Assembly (NCBI GenBank): GCA_965228475.1
Contig: OZ245817.1
Span: 608,001-672,000, forward strand
Length of the DNA stretch: 64,000 nucleotides
Source of the DNA: Myxococcota bacterium
Lineage (GTDB): Bacteria; Myxococcota_A; UBA9160; JAFDDA01
Direction of reading: 5' to 3'
Shown: in pieces, positions 18,619 through 28,228 of the stretch
How the letters are laid out: the number at the start of each line of letters is the position of its first letter
Position numbering within the stretch: position 1 is the first letter of the stretch
Program-made: the position numbers and the translations under genes
The notes under the pieces: model-generated
What the model was told of the DNA's origin: nothing
The model's database searches: none
Seen by the model: only the letters and a program-made list of their open reading frames with translations

Positions 18619-19002
18619 ATGGAACTCGCCCGGTACTGGATTCTCGTCGTCGCGGTGGTGGCAACCGGCTGTGGCAACCCCGCGCCGGCCCAGGCCAATG
18701 GCTTCGCGGACGACCGCAAGGTCATCCAGGTCACCTCGAGCAACGTGGAGGGGAAGAACATCTACATCCCCGGCACGATCGTCGTGACCGAGGGGAAGGG
18801 CCAGTCGCTGTCCATCTACAACACGACGGACGTGCCCCATGGCTTCTCGATCGCGGGGATCGGCGTGCAGGAGATCCTTCCCCCGAAGACCGAGCACGTG
18901 GTGGCGCTGCCGGACGTGAAGGGCGGCAACGTCTACCACATCCACTGCCACCTCCATCCGGCGCACCGGACGGGGACGCTGCTGGTCCTGCCGGGGAGCT
19001 AG
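18619..19002 (+). CDS. cupredoxin-domain lipoprotein, nitrosocyanin-like
   Basis: AGGAGG RBS; lipobox-like VATGC; PHGFSIAGIGVQE; C-terminal CHLHPAHRTGTLLV. Confidence 0.8.
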   Translation: MELARYWILVVAVVATGCGNPAPAQANGFADDRKVIQVTSSNVEGKNIYIPGTIVVTEGKGQSLSIYNTTDVPHGFSIAGIGVQEILPPKTEHVVALPDVKGGNVYHIHCHLHPAHRTGTLLVLPGS

Positions 19003-19005
19003 ACC

Positions 19006-19782
19006 TCAGGCGCTCGCTTCGAGGAAGTCCGCGAGGTGCTCGACGAGGGCCGGCGCGCCGAAGACGAGCCCGACCTTGCCGGGTTTCGGATACGCCAGCG
19101 TGACGCAGCTTCCGCCGGCCTCGGGGACGAGGACCTGGGTCGCCGCGGCATCCCACGGGTTCAGGCAGAGATCGACCATGGCATCGACGCCGCCCCCGAG
19201 CACCTGGGCGTGACCGAAGGCGTCCGTGTACCCGCGCAGGACCGGCAGCTCGCGCGCCATGCGCTCCCAGGCCGCGCGCTCGCCGCACAGATCGAAGGCG
19301 AAGGGGTCGCCGTGGGAGACCAGGGCGCGCTTCGGGTCGGTCGCCTGGGAGCAGCGCACGGGCTCGCCGTTGCGCAGGCACCCGCCCCCGCGGTGGCCGA
19401 CGTAGCGTTCGTCGAGCATCGGCAGGTCGATCAGGCCGAGGATCGGTTCGCCGTCCTCGAGCAGGGCGATCAGCGTGGAGGCCAGGGGGATGCCCCGGGC
19501 GAAGCCGATCGTCCCGTCGATCGGGTCGATCAGCCAGGCCAGGCCTTCTTCGGCCGAGCCGTCCGCGCCGAACTCCTCGCCGACGCGTGAGATCTCCGGG
19601 AAGGCTTCCTGCAGGACGCCGCGGATCGCCCGTTCGGCGGCGCGGTCGGCCTCCGTCACCGGGGATCCGTCGGACTTGGTCTCGGTGGCGACGGATCGGA
19701 AGCGCGGCAGGATCTCCTTGCGCGCGGCGTCGGCGGCGGCGCCGGCGGCGCGGGCGGCCGCTTCGAGATCGAGGGGAGGCAT
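19006..19782 (-). CDS. inositol monophosphatase family (HisN-like histidinol-phosphatase)
   Basis: KSDGSPVTEAD, GEE, WLIDPIDGT, PWDAAA..VPEAGG. Confidence 0.88.
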   Translation of the reverse strand: MPPLDLEAAARAAGAAADAARKEILPRFRSVATETKSDGSPVTEADRAAERAIRGVLQEAFPEISRVGEEFGADGSAEEGLAWLIDPIDGTIGFARGIPLASTLIALLEDGEPILGLIDLPMLDERYVGHRGGGCLRNGEPVRCSQATDPKRALVSHGDPFAFDLCGERAAWERMARELPVLRGYTDAFGHAQVLGGGVDAMVDLCLNPWDAAATQVLVPEAGGSCVTLAYPKPGKVGLVFGAPALVEHLADFLEASA

Positions 19783-19848
19783 CGGCGTAGGATATCATCG
19801 GCCGCCCGGGGCGCCGCGGACCGCCGGCTCCCGCGCAGTGGAGGTTCG

Positions 19849-20733
19849 ATGACGACGCTGGCCGAACGCCTGGGCTTTTCTGCAACGGACACCCTCGCCG
19901 TCGTGCACGTCGACGATCTCGGCATGTGCCACGCCGCGAACGTGGGGGGGTTCGAAGCGCTCGAGAACGGGCCGGCCACGTGCGGCAGCATCATGGTGCC
20001 GTGTCCGTGGTTCCAGGAGGCCGCGGACCGCGCGCGGGCCAACCCGGGGCTCGACCTCGGCGTCCACCTCACCCTGAACGCCGAGTGGCCGCACTATCGC
20101 TGGGGTCCCGTGGCGGGCCGGCGCGCGGTCCCCTCCCTGCTCGACGACCAGGGCTTTCTGCCGCGCACCTCGCTCGAGACCGCCCAACGCGCGAAGCCCG
20201 AAGAGGTGGAGATCGAGCTGCGCGCCCAGATCGAGGCGGCGCTCGCGGCCGGCGTCGACGTGACCCACATCGATGCCCACATGGGCACGGCCTTCTTCCC
20301 GCCCTTCGTCGACATCTACGGGAAGCTCGCGTGCGAGTACCGGCTCGCGGTGTTCGCGGTGCGGCCTTCCGCCGCGGCCGTCGAGCGCGTGGGGGGCGGC
20401 CTCGGCAAGCTCATGGAGGTGCTCGACGAGGTCGAAGCGGCGGGGATCCCGATGCTCGACCACTTCTGTGCGGACTCGCTCGGTTTCGCCGAGGGGCGCG
20501 GACAGAGCCACAACGAGAAGCGGCTGGCCAAGCTCGAGACCGGTGTGAACTACGTGATCTGCCATCCCGCGGCCGGTGGGGAGGAGCTCACCGCCGTGAC
20601 GCCGGACTCCGCCCATGCGCGCGAGTTCGAACGGACCTTCTACGGGGGCGACGCCGGGCGCAGCGCCCTCGAGCGGGCGGGCGTGAAGACGGTCGGCATG
20701 CGCGAGATCCGAGATCTCGTCCGCGCGGCCTAG
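19849..20733 (+). CDS. ChbG/YdjC family carbohydrate deacetylase
   Basis: HVDDLGM, DLGVHLTL, THIDAHMG, ICHP. Confidence 0.88.
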   Translation: MTTLAERLGFSATDTLAVVHVDDLGMCHAANVGGFEALENGPATCGSIMVPCPWFQEAADRARANPGLDLGVHLTLNAEWPHYRWGPVAGRRAVPSLLDDQGFLPRTSLETAQRAKPEEVEIELRAQIEAALAAGVDVTHIDAHMGTAFFPPFVDIYGKLACEYRLAVFAVRPSAAAVERVGGGLGKLMEVLDEVEAAGIPMLDHFCADSLGFAEGRGQSHNEKRLAKLETGVNYVICHPAAGGEELTAVTPDSAHAREFERTFYGGDAGRSALERAGVKTVGMREIRDLVRAA

Positions 20734-20764
20734 CGCCGCAAAGCCATCGGATCGAGGTCGCCGG

Positions 20765-21547
20765 GTGCAGCCCGAACTCCACGTCGAAGTCCACGGCCAG
20801 GGGCCCGCGGTCGTCCTGGCCCACGGCTTCGGCGGCAGCGCGCGCAACTGGCGCCCGCAGATCCGCGCGTTGAAGGACGCGTACCGGGTGGTCGTCTACG
20901 ACGCGGTCGGCCACGCCCGGAGCCAGGCGCCCGAGCATTCCGAGGCGTACCTCCCCGACGGCCTCGCCAAGGATCTCGGTCGCATCGCCCAGGAGCACGC
21001 GGGGGAGGGTCTCCCGGTCGTCGGAGGCCTTTCGATGGGAGCGGGTGCCGCCCTGCGCCACGCGCTCGGCTCGCCCGAGGCGGTCCGGGCGCTCGTGCTG
21101 ATGGCCCCGCCTCCGGGCCGGAACCCCGAGGTCGAGCGCGGCTGGGCGCGGGACTTCGCCGCGGCGATCGAACACGACGGCCTCGACGCCGCCGGCGACC
21201 GCTACGCCTGGGGCGAGCGGGCCGGCGTCGACCCCGCGAGCGGCCGGCTGGTGCGCCAGGGTTTCCTCGAGCATCCACCCCACGCCCTCGTGCATCTCCT
21301 GCGCAACGTGCTCGACGCCTGGCCCTCCGCAGCGGATCGGGAAGCCGAGCTGCGTGCCTTCGACAAGCCGGTGCTGCTCGTGGTCGGCGAGCACGACCGG
21401 CTCTCGAGGGGCGAAGCGGAAGCCCTCGCGGCGCGCCTTCCGGACGCACGCCTCGAGGTCGCGCCGGGCGCGGGCCACGTCGTGAACCTCGCCGCCCGCG
21501 ACTTCACCAACGACGCGTTGCGGAGCTTCCTCGACGGACTCGGCTAG
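20765..21547 (+). CDS. alpha/beta fold hydrolase
   Basis: HGFGG, GLSMG nucleophile elbow, GEHD, AGH. Confidence 0.88.
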   Translation: MQPELHVEVHGQGPAVVLAHGFGGSARNWRPQIRALKDAYRVVVYDAVGHARSQAPEHSEAYLPDGLAKDLGRIAQEHAGEGLPVVGGLSMGAGAALRHALGSPEAVRALVLMAPPPGRNPEVERGWARDFAAAIEHDGLDAAGDRYAWGERAGVDPASGRLVRQGFLEHPPHALVHLLRNVLDAWPSAADREAELRAFDKPVLLVVGEHDRLSRGEAEALAARLPDARLEVAPGAGHVVNLAARDFTNDALRSFLDGLG

Positions 21548-21565
21548 GGCTCGTCGAGGACCTGG

Positions 21566-21790
21566 CTAGGACTCGCCGCGCAGGGGCGTCACGTGCCCCC
21601 GCTGCCACCAGGTCTGGCCCTGGATCCAGGCGTCGGCGCGCTGCTGCATCACGGGGCTCTCCGAGAGCAGCACGCGGAGCTCGAGGCTCGGGACGTCGAC
21701 GAGGCACGACTCCACCCAGTTCTGATCGCACAGGCGCGCGTAGGCCTGGTGGAGGTCGGCGGGATTGCGGAATTTCATTCGGCGCGACAT
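21566..21790 (-). CDS. small hypothetical protein (74 aa)
   Basis: GAGGGG before ATG; fills the intergenic gap with host-like codon usage. Confidence 0.55.
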   Translation of the reverse strand: MSRRMKFRNPADLHQAYARLCDQNWVESCLVDVPSLELRVLLSESPVMQQRADAWIQGQTWWQRGHVTPLRGES

Positions 21791-21881
21791 GAAGGCCCCT
21801 CATCGGTCGGTAGGCTCGAAAACCCAAGTGACGAGATCACGGCAGTCGTGAAGCTTTTTGGCGCCACGCGTCCTCCCGGTG

Positions 21882-22778
21882 TCACGGCTCGCCCGAGCGG
21901 ACCGTGAGGAGCGAGATCTCCGGCACCACCCGGAATCGGACCGGCAGGATGCTCGTGCCGAGCCCCGGGCTCACGAAGAGATCGCGCCCCTGCTCGCGGA
22001 CGTGGCCGATGGCGAAGCGCTCCCCGTAGGCCGAGGGCACGACGGGCCGCCCGAGCCCGGGGAGCGCCACCTGGCCGCCGTGGGTATGCCCCGCGATCAC
22101 GAGCGTGATGCGCTCCGGGAGCTCCGGGAAGAGGTCCGGGTTGTGGGTGAAGGCGAGGATCGGGGCGTCCTCGGGGACGTCCGCGAGGGCCTTGGCGACG
22201 TCGTGGGGGCCTTCCTCGAAGTCGCTGATTCCGACCAGCCACAGGCCGCATTCCGGAGCGAGCAGCGTGCCCCGATCCTCGAGCAGAGGGATGCTCTCTG
22301 CTTCGAAGGCCGCCGTGACCGTCTCCGACCCGAGCCACCAGTCGTGGTTGCCGAGGACGGCGTGGATGCCGAGCGGCGCGCGGAGTCGCGCGAGCCTCTT
22401 CGCCACGTCCGCCGGAGCGACGAAGCGCCCGCCGAGCACCCCGTGGATCACGAAGTCTCCGGGCAGGAGCGTCACGTCCGGCCGGGCGGCGTTGGTCCGT
22501 TCGACGATGCGGTCGAGCTTGGCGAGCCCGTTCCAGGGCGAGCCGGTGTGGAGGTCCGCGAGCACGGCGATGCGCAGGCCGTCGCACGCCGCGGGCCAGC
22601 CCTCGACGGTGATCGTGTGCTCGACGACCTCGAGAGCCGCAGGCTCCCACGCGAAGGCGCGGACTGCGAGCGCGAAGCCGATCGCCGCGACGAGCCCCGC
22701 GGCGGCGAAGACGGTGCGCAGCCCTCGAGGCCGGCGTTCGCGCCTGCGCCTCGGTCGTGTTTCATCGAGTGAGATCAC
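21882..22778 (-). CDS. metallophosphoesterase (calcineurin-like, YkuE type)
   Basis: DLH, GD, GNHD, HNP, GHTHGGQ motifs; N-terminal TM; start uncertain. Confidence 0.88.
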   Translation of the reverse strand: MISLDETRPRRRRERRPRGLRTVFAAAGLVAAIGFALAVRAFAWEPAALEVVEHTITVEGWPAACDGLRIAVLADLHTGSPWNGLAKLDRIVERTNAARPDVTLLPGDFVIHGVLGGRFVAPADVAKRLARLRAPLGIHAVLGNHDWWLGSETVTAAFEAESIPLLEDRGTLLAPECGLWLVGISDFEEGPHDVAKALADVPEDAPILAFTHNPDLFPELPERITLVIAGHTHGGQVALPGLGRPVVPSAYGERFAIGHVREQGRDLFVSPGLGTSILPVRFRVVPEISLLTVRSGEP

Positions 22779-22818
22779 CGGGAATGGAAACCGGTGTGGC
22801 GGACCCGGTTCCGTGGGT

Positions 22819-23139
22819 TCAGGCGCCCCGGGCGGCGTCGGCCAGGCCGCGCAGCCGCTCGAAGGGGTAGATGCCGCTCTCGTGCCCGTCGCTCCAGGCG
22901 ATCTGGATGGCGTAGCGGCCGACGGCTTCGATCTTCCGCGGGACGACGTCCTCGGGCACGCCCTTCGGGTCGAGCCGCTCCTCGCCCGTCCACTCGTCGA
23001 CGCACACCGCGCATGCGCAGGCGAGACGCAGCGCGCGCACGTCGAAGACGGTTTCGCGCCCGTCCGCCCAGACGATGGCGAGCCCGCGCGGGCCTTCCTG
23101 GCGGATCTCGGTGGGGAGGAAGCGCTGGTCCTCGGCCAT
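22819..23139 (-). CDS. DUF971 / GBBH-like N-terminal domain protein
   Basis: LRLACACAVC, VGRYAIQIAWSDGHESGIY. Confidence 0.9.
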   Translation of the reverse strand: MAEDQRFLPTEIRQEGPRGLAIVWADGRETVFDVRALRLACACAVCVDEWTGEERLDPKGVPEDVVPRKIEAVGRYAIQIAWSDGHESGIYPFERLRGLADAARGA

Positions 23140-23207
23140 GGCGGGAGCATAGCCGCGCGTGGCACCCGAGGGGGTCAAGCGCCGAGGCCGCGCTACGCTG
23201 CCTCGCC

Positions 23208-23891
23208 ATGAGCCAGAACCAAGACGCGATCTCCATTCTCGGCGGAACCGGCGACCAGGGCCTCGGCCTCGCGCTGCGCTTCGCGAAGGCCGGCCGTCCG
23301 GTCGTGATCGGCAGCCGCAAGGCCGACCGGGCCGAGCAGGCCGCCAAGGAAGTCCTCGAGAAGGTGCCGGGTGCCGACGTCACCGGCTTCGAGAACGCCG
23401 AGGCGACGAAGCGTGCCCCGGTCGTGATCCTCTCGGTGCCCTTCGAGCACACGGCGAGCACCGTGAAGGGGCTGAAGGACGTCCTCGAGGCGGGCCAGAT
23501 CGTCGTCTCGATGGCGGTCCCCCTCGCGACGGCCGTCGGCGACGGACCGATGCGGATGGTCGGCGTGTGGCAGGGCTCCGCGGCGGAGATGGTGGAAGGC
23601 CTCGTCCCGGCCGGCGTCGGCGTCGTCTCGGCCTTCCAGAACGTTCCGGCGCACCGGCTGATGGAGCTCGACGAAGAGGTCGATTGCGACGTCGTCGTCT
23701 CCGGAAAGCCCAAGGATCGCGAGCCCGTGATCGCGCTCTGCGAACTCATCCCCGGCATCCGCGCGCTGAACGGCGGGCCGCTCGGGAACGCGCGCATCGT
23801 CGAGGCCATGACCGCGCTCATGATCGGCCTGAACGTCCGCTACAAGGTCCCCGAGGGCTGCGGCGTCCGCTTCACGGGCCTGCCTCGCTAG
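23208..23891 (+). CDS. npdG: NADPH-dependent F420 reductase
   Basis: ILGGTGDQGLGLALRFA, IGSR, GSAAE, VSAFQNV, GPLGNARIVEAMTALMIGLN. Confidence 0.9.
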   Translation: MSQNQDAISILGGTGDQGLGLALRFAKAGRPVVIGSRKADRAEQAAKEVLEKVPGADVTGFENAEATKRAPVVILSVPFEHTASTVKGLKDVLEAGQIVVSMAVPLATAVGDGPMRMVGVWQGSAAEMVEGLVPAGVGVVSAFQNVPAHRLMELDEEVDCDVVVSGKPKDREPVIALCELIPGIRALNGGPLGNARIVEAMTALMIGLNVRYKVPEGCGVRFTGLPR

Positions 23892-23898
23892 CGCGAGC

Positions 23899-24759
23899 AT
23901 GGAGGCCCTGACGACGGAGGGCGGGCGGCGCTGCGCGGTATGCGAGCAGGGCGACTGCGAGCCGCACCTCGACCTGGCCGACTTCGTCCTCTTCCACTGC
24001 GGCGCGTGCGGGAGCTTCACAAGCGACGCGGAGCACCGCGGCGCCTCCACTTCCTTCGAGCCGACCGCCTACTTCGAGAACCCGCGCGCCGACGAGTGGC
24101 GCTGGAAGGACCTGCTCGCGCGCCGCGCGAAGGCCGGCCTCGCGACGCGCTCCGTCCTCGACGTCGGCTGCGGCAACGGCGCCTTCCTCGGCTTCGTGCG
24201 CGAGCAGCACCCCGACGCGAGCCGCGCCGGCATCGAGATCGATGCGGGCCGCGCCGACGAGGCCATGGCGCGCGATCCCGGGGCGCGCATCGCCACGGGG
24301 GATGCGCTGGGAGCCCTCTCGGAGATCGGAAGCGGCTTCGACCTCATCACCCTGTGGGACGTCTTCGAGCACGTCCGCGCGCCCGGGCGTCTGCTGACGG
24401 CGCTGGCCGAGCGGCTCGCACCCGGCGGATGGATCTACGTGCAGACCGTCCACGAGAACAGCCTCGTGCCCGCGGCTGGCCGCGCCGTCTATCGTGCTAC
24501 GGGCGGCCGCGTCACCGCGGTGGCCCGCCGCACCCACGAGGCGCACCACCTTTCCTTCTTCTCGCGGCGGGCTCTCGACACGATCACGGCGAAGGCGGGC
24601 CTGCGGGCGCGCGAGCGCTGGTGGGGCCGGCTCGACCGGGCGCGCATGGACGGGCCGGCCTGGCTCACCGCCGCGACGGCGACGGTGCTCTGGGCGGAGA
24701 ACCAGCTCGGCAACGGGCTGTTCGTGAATCTCGTCCTGGAGCGCGATCCGGGCCGCTGA
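23899..24759 (+). CDS. class I SAM-dependent methyltransferase with N-terminal CxxC pairs
   Basis: CAVC..CGAC, VLDVGCGNG, FDLITLWDVFEH, HHLSFFS. Confidence 0.88.
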   Translation: MEALTTEGGRRCAVCEQGDCEPHLDLADFVLFHCGACGSFTSDAEHRGASTSFEPTAYFENPRADEWRWKDLLARRAKAGLATRSVLDVGCGNGAFLGFVREQHPDASRAGIEIDAGRADEAMARDPGARIATGDALGALSEIGSGFDLITLWDVFEHVRAPGRLLTALAERLAPGGWIYVQTVHENSLVPAAGRAVYRATGGRVTAVARRTHEAHHLSFFSRRALDTITAKAGLRARERWWGRLDRARMDGPAWLTAATATVLWAENQLGNGLFVNLVLERDPGR

Positions 24760-24768
24760 ATCCGCCAG

Positions 24769-25734
24769 CTAGTGCCGGTCGCGCAGGTGGTGCTTCCAGA
24801 TCTCGATCGATTCCTGGTGCAGCTTCGCGATGGTGTCGAGGATCAGGCCCGCGGTCAGCGCGACGAGTGAGAGCACCGCGAGCGCGGCCGCCAGGATCGC
24901 CCGCGGCACGTGATACACGTACTGGTGTTCGACGTAGTCGAGCACCGGCGCGCTCCCGACGCTGAGCGAGGCGATCGCCAGCACCGCCGAGAGCAGCCCG
25001 AAGAACAGCAGCGGCTTGTAGTCCTTGAACAGCAGGAACATGCAGCGGAGGATCAGCAGGCTGTCGCTCGCCGTGTTGAGCTTCGATTCGCTTCCGGTCG
25101 GGCGGTCCCGGTAGGGCACGGGCATCTCGGCGACGGCGAGCCGCTTCGAGAGCGCCTGGAGCGTGAGCTCGGTTTCCACCTCGAAGCCGCGCGTGCGCAG
25201 GCGGACGATCCGCATGAGGTTGCGCGAGAGCACGCGGTAGCCCGAGAGGACGTCGTGGCAGTCCGCGCGGAAGACCCACCGGATCACGCCCGAGAGCAGA
25301 TGGTTGCCGACCAGGTTGAAGGGGCGGAAGGAGTCGTCGGTGAAGTCGTCGAGCCGCGTTCCGACCAGCATGTCGAGGCGGTCCCGGTGGAAACGCTCGA
25401 GCAGGGCGGGGGCGGATTCGGCGGGGTAGGTGTCGTCGCCGTCCACCACGATGTAGACGTCGGCATCGACCGCGTCCGAGATGTGGCGCAGGACGTTGCC
25501 CTTGCCCCGCACCGGAGAGAGGACGACCTCGGCGCCGGCCTCGCGGGCGACCTCGGCGGTGCGGTCGGTCGAGGCATTGTCGAAGACGTAGACCGTCGCT
25601 TCGGGCAGGGCCGCGCGGAAGTCGCGGACGACCTTGCCGATGGTCACCTCCTCGTTCAGGCAGGGGACGACGACGGCGACGTGAGGGGACGCTTCGGCTT
25701 CCAGGGTGTCGCGTTGCAGGTTTCCGTGTTGCAC
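24769..25734 (-). CDS. GT2 polyprenol-phosphate glycosyltransferase (DPM1/GtrB-like)
   Basis: VPCLNEE, DNASTD, RGKG, VDGDDTYP, DVLSGYR, GFEVETE, two C-terminal TM helices. Confidence 0.9.
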   Translation of the reverse strand: MQHGNLQRDTLEAEASPHVAVVVPCLNEEVTIGKVVRDFRAALPEATVYVFDNASTDRTAEVAREAGAEVVLSPVRGKGNVLRHISDAVDADVYIVVDGDDTYPAESAPALLERFHRDRLDMLVGTRLDDFTDDSFRPFNLVGNHLLSGVIRWVFRADCHDVLSGYRVLSRNLMRIVRLRTRGFEVETELTLQALSKRLAVAEMPVPYRDRPTGSESKLNTASDSLLILRCMFLLFKDYKPLLFFGLLSAVLAIASLSVGSAPVLDYVEHQYVYHVPRAILAAALAVLSLVALTAGLILDTIAKLHQESIEIWKHHLRDRH

Positions 25735-25936
25735 GAATCACCCTTCGAGAAAGCACTCGAGACTCGGTCCCGGCGGCGAGGCCCGTCCGGTGCGGCGGCC
25801 AAGGTACCACGGGCCGGGCCCTCCGAGCCCGTGCCGGCGCTCCTTCGCCCGCCCGCCGCGCACCCCGAACGCAACCCTTCGGCAACCCCGAAGATCTCTT
25901 GACCCGGCCCTTCGGCTGGTGAACCGTAGCCCGCGC

Positions 25937-28228
25937 ATGGAACGCCGAACCGAACGCGCCGCCGCCGCTCGACGGCCGGGGCTCCTTGCCGGGGCGGCAC
26001 TCGTCCTGCTGGCCTTCGGGGTTCGCCTGATCAATCTCCCGGGGGTCTTTCGGGAGGGGATGACGCTCTTCGGGTCGGCCGACGCCTGGTATCACCTGCG
26101 GCGGATCGTCTACTCGGTGACGAACTTCCCGCAGACACTCGGCTTCGATTCCTACCTGAATCATCCGAACGGCGGCATCAGCAACTGGCCACAGACCTTC
26201 GACTGGCTGCTCGCCGCCTTCGCCCGGATCACGGTGGGCCCGGGCGACGTCCTCGCGATCGAGCGGGTCGTCTCCTTCGCACCTCCGCTCCTGGGCGCGG
26301 CCGCGGTGGGCGCCGTGTTCTGGCTCGGCGCGCGGGTGTTCTCCCCTGCGGTCGGGTTCTTCGGCGCGCTCTTCCTCGCGCTGCTCCCCGGCCACGTCCA
26401 CTTCTCGAAGCTCGGCTTCGTGGATCACCACGTCGCGGTGATCCTGCTGCTGCTCGCGGCGATGATCGCGACCGCCGCGCTCGTCGCATCGCCAGCGGGG
26501 CCGCACGGGGCCGGACGCCTGCGCCGGGCGTGCGTCGTCGGTGTCCTGCTCTCGGCGATGCCGCTGCTCTGGCCCGGAGCGCTCCTGCACATCGGCTTGT
26601 TCCAGCTCTTCTTTGCCGCCTTCCTGCTCTCGCGGGAGCGCCGGGAGGATGCGGCGGCGTGGGCGGGCACCCTGGCCGCGACCCAGGGCGTCGCGGCGCT
26701 CCTCCTCCTGCCCTTCGCCCTGCGCGGGACGTGGGACGCCTTCGGGACGTTCTCGTTGATCGCGCTCTCGCGCTTCCACCCGCTCTGGCTCGGATCCGCG
26801 GCCGTGCTGTTCGGCGTGCTGGCCTTCCTCTGGCGCCGCTCCGAGGTCTTCGAGGGGCGCATGGCCCGCCTGGGCCTCGCCGGCGGGCTCGGCGTCGCGG
26901 GCGTCGGCCTGGCGCTGCTGGTTCCGGAGCTCCGGGCGAGCGTGGCCTCGGGGCTCGGCTGGTTCGGGACGGAGCAGCGCGCCGACTTCCAGCAGTTCGT
27001 CGCCGAGCTCCAGCCCCTGTTCGTGCGCGGCGGCCGCTTCGCGCCGGCCGAGGCGGAACTCGCGCTCTCCCGCGCGGTGTATCTCTACCCGCTGGCGTGG
27101 GGCGCGCTCGCGCTCCATGCCGTTCGCCACGGGCTCGGGCCCGGCGCCGGGCTCGTCGTGCTGTGGGGAGGCGTCGCGGGCGGGCTCGTCCTGCTGCAGA
27201 ACCGCTTCCTCGGGTTCTTCTCGCCCGTCTACGCGCTGGTGCTCGGCTGGGGCGCCGTCGAGCTCGCGCGCTTCCTGCGCGACCGGCTGCAGGGGCGCTC
27301 CGCCGCGGTCCGTGCAGCCGTGACGCTGGCCGCGCTCGTCGGGGCGGGGTTCCTGGCCGCTCCCTCGGTGCCCTTCTACCGGGGAGCCCTCGGCGCACTC
27401 CTGGCAACGGCGACGCCGCCCCCGGCGGGCTTCGAGGCGCACCAGGCCCAGCTGATCGAGATCGGCCGCTGGATGCGAGCGCACACGCCCCCGACGCCGG
27501 GGTTCCTCGAGCCGGGCCCCCGTCCCGAGTACGGCGTCCTCGCGAACTGGTCCGATGGCCACGCCCTGCGCTACGCGGCCGAGCGTCCGATGCACCAGGA
27601 CAACTACCTCGGCCACACGGCGCACGGGGGCCCCGAGATCTTCGAGGCGTGCGAGGCCTACTTCGGCGCGGCCACGGAAGCCGAGGCGCTCGAGGTCGGC
27701 CGCGCGCTCGAGACCCGCTACGTGCTGGCCGGCCCGGCCGGCTCGGGGCACAGCCTCGGGTACGGTCTCGAGAGCGTGTTCGTCTCGATGCACCGGCGCC
27801 TCGGGAGCTACGGCGAGCATCGCGCGGCCGGGCAGGTCTTCCGCTTCCCCGCGCTGCGTCACCATCGTTTGATCCGGCAGTGGATCCCGGGCGGTCAGCC
27901 GGCGGCGGCGCAGCGGCTCTTCGAGCGCGTGGCCGGAGCGCGGGTCGAAGGGAGCGCGGCTCCCGACGCGCTCGTCGAGGCGCGGCTCATGCTGCGCGTC
28001 GGCGCGGGGCGCTTCGAGTACGTTCAGCGCGACCGAGCGGATTCGTCGGGGCGCTACGCGCTCGTCCTGCCCTACGCGAACGAACCCTTCAGTCCGGACG
28101 TCGCAGCCATCGGCCCCTGGCGGATCGAGAGCGGCGGTCTGCGCAGCGAGCTCCGCGTGAGCGAGTCCGCGGTGCAGTCGGGCGGCCGGCTCGAGGGGCC
28201 CGGGTTCGCCGAGCCCTCATCGGGCTGA
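25937..28228 (+). CDS. STT3 family oligosaccharyltransferase, AglB-like
   Basis: ADAWYHLRR, DHH, VAE, WSDGH...QDNY motifs; many TM segments followed by a soluble C-terminal domain. Confidence 0.85.
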   Translation: MERRTERAAAARRPGLLAGAALVLLAFGVRLINLPGVFREGMTLFGSADAWYHLRRIVYSVTNFPQTLGFDSYLNHPNGGISNWPQTFDWLLAAFARITVGPGDVLAIERVVSFAPPLLGAAAVGAVFWLGARVFSPAVGFFGALFLALLPGHVHFSKLGFVDHHVAVILLLLAAMIATAALVASPAGPHGAGRLRRACVVGVLLSAMPLLWPGALLHIGLFQLFFAAFLLSRERREDAAAWAGTLAATQGVAALLLLPFALRGTWDAFGTFSLIALSRFHPLWLGSAAVLFGVLAFLWRRSEVFEGRMARLGLAGGLGVAGVGLALLVPELRASVASGLGWFGTEQRADFQQFVAELQPLFVRGGRFAPAEAELALSRAVYLYPLAWGALALHAVRHGLGPGAGLVVLWGGVAGGLVLLQNRFLGFFSPVYALVLGWGAVELARFLRDRLQGRSAAVRAAVTLAALVGAGFLAAPSVPFYRGALGALLATATPPPAGFEAHQAQLIEIGRWMRAHTPPTPGFLEPGPRPEYGVLANWSDGHALRYAAERPMHQDNYLGHTAHGGPEIFEACEAYFGAATEAEALEVGRALETRYVLAGPAGSGHSLGYGLESVFVSMHRRLGSYGEHRAAGQVFRFPALRHHRLIRQWIPGGQPAAAQRLFERVAGARVEGSAAPDALVEARLMLRVGAGRFEYVQRDRADSSGRYALVLPYANEPFSPDVAAIGPWRIESGGLRSELRVSESAVQSGGRLEGPGFAEPSSG

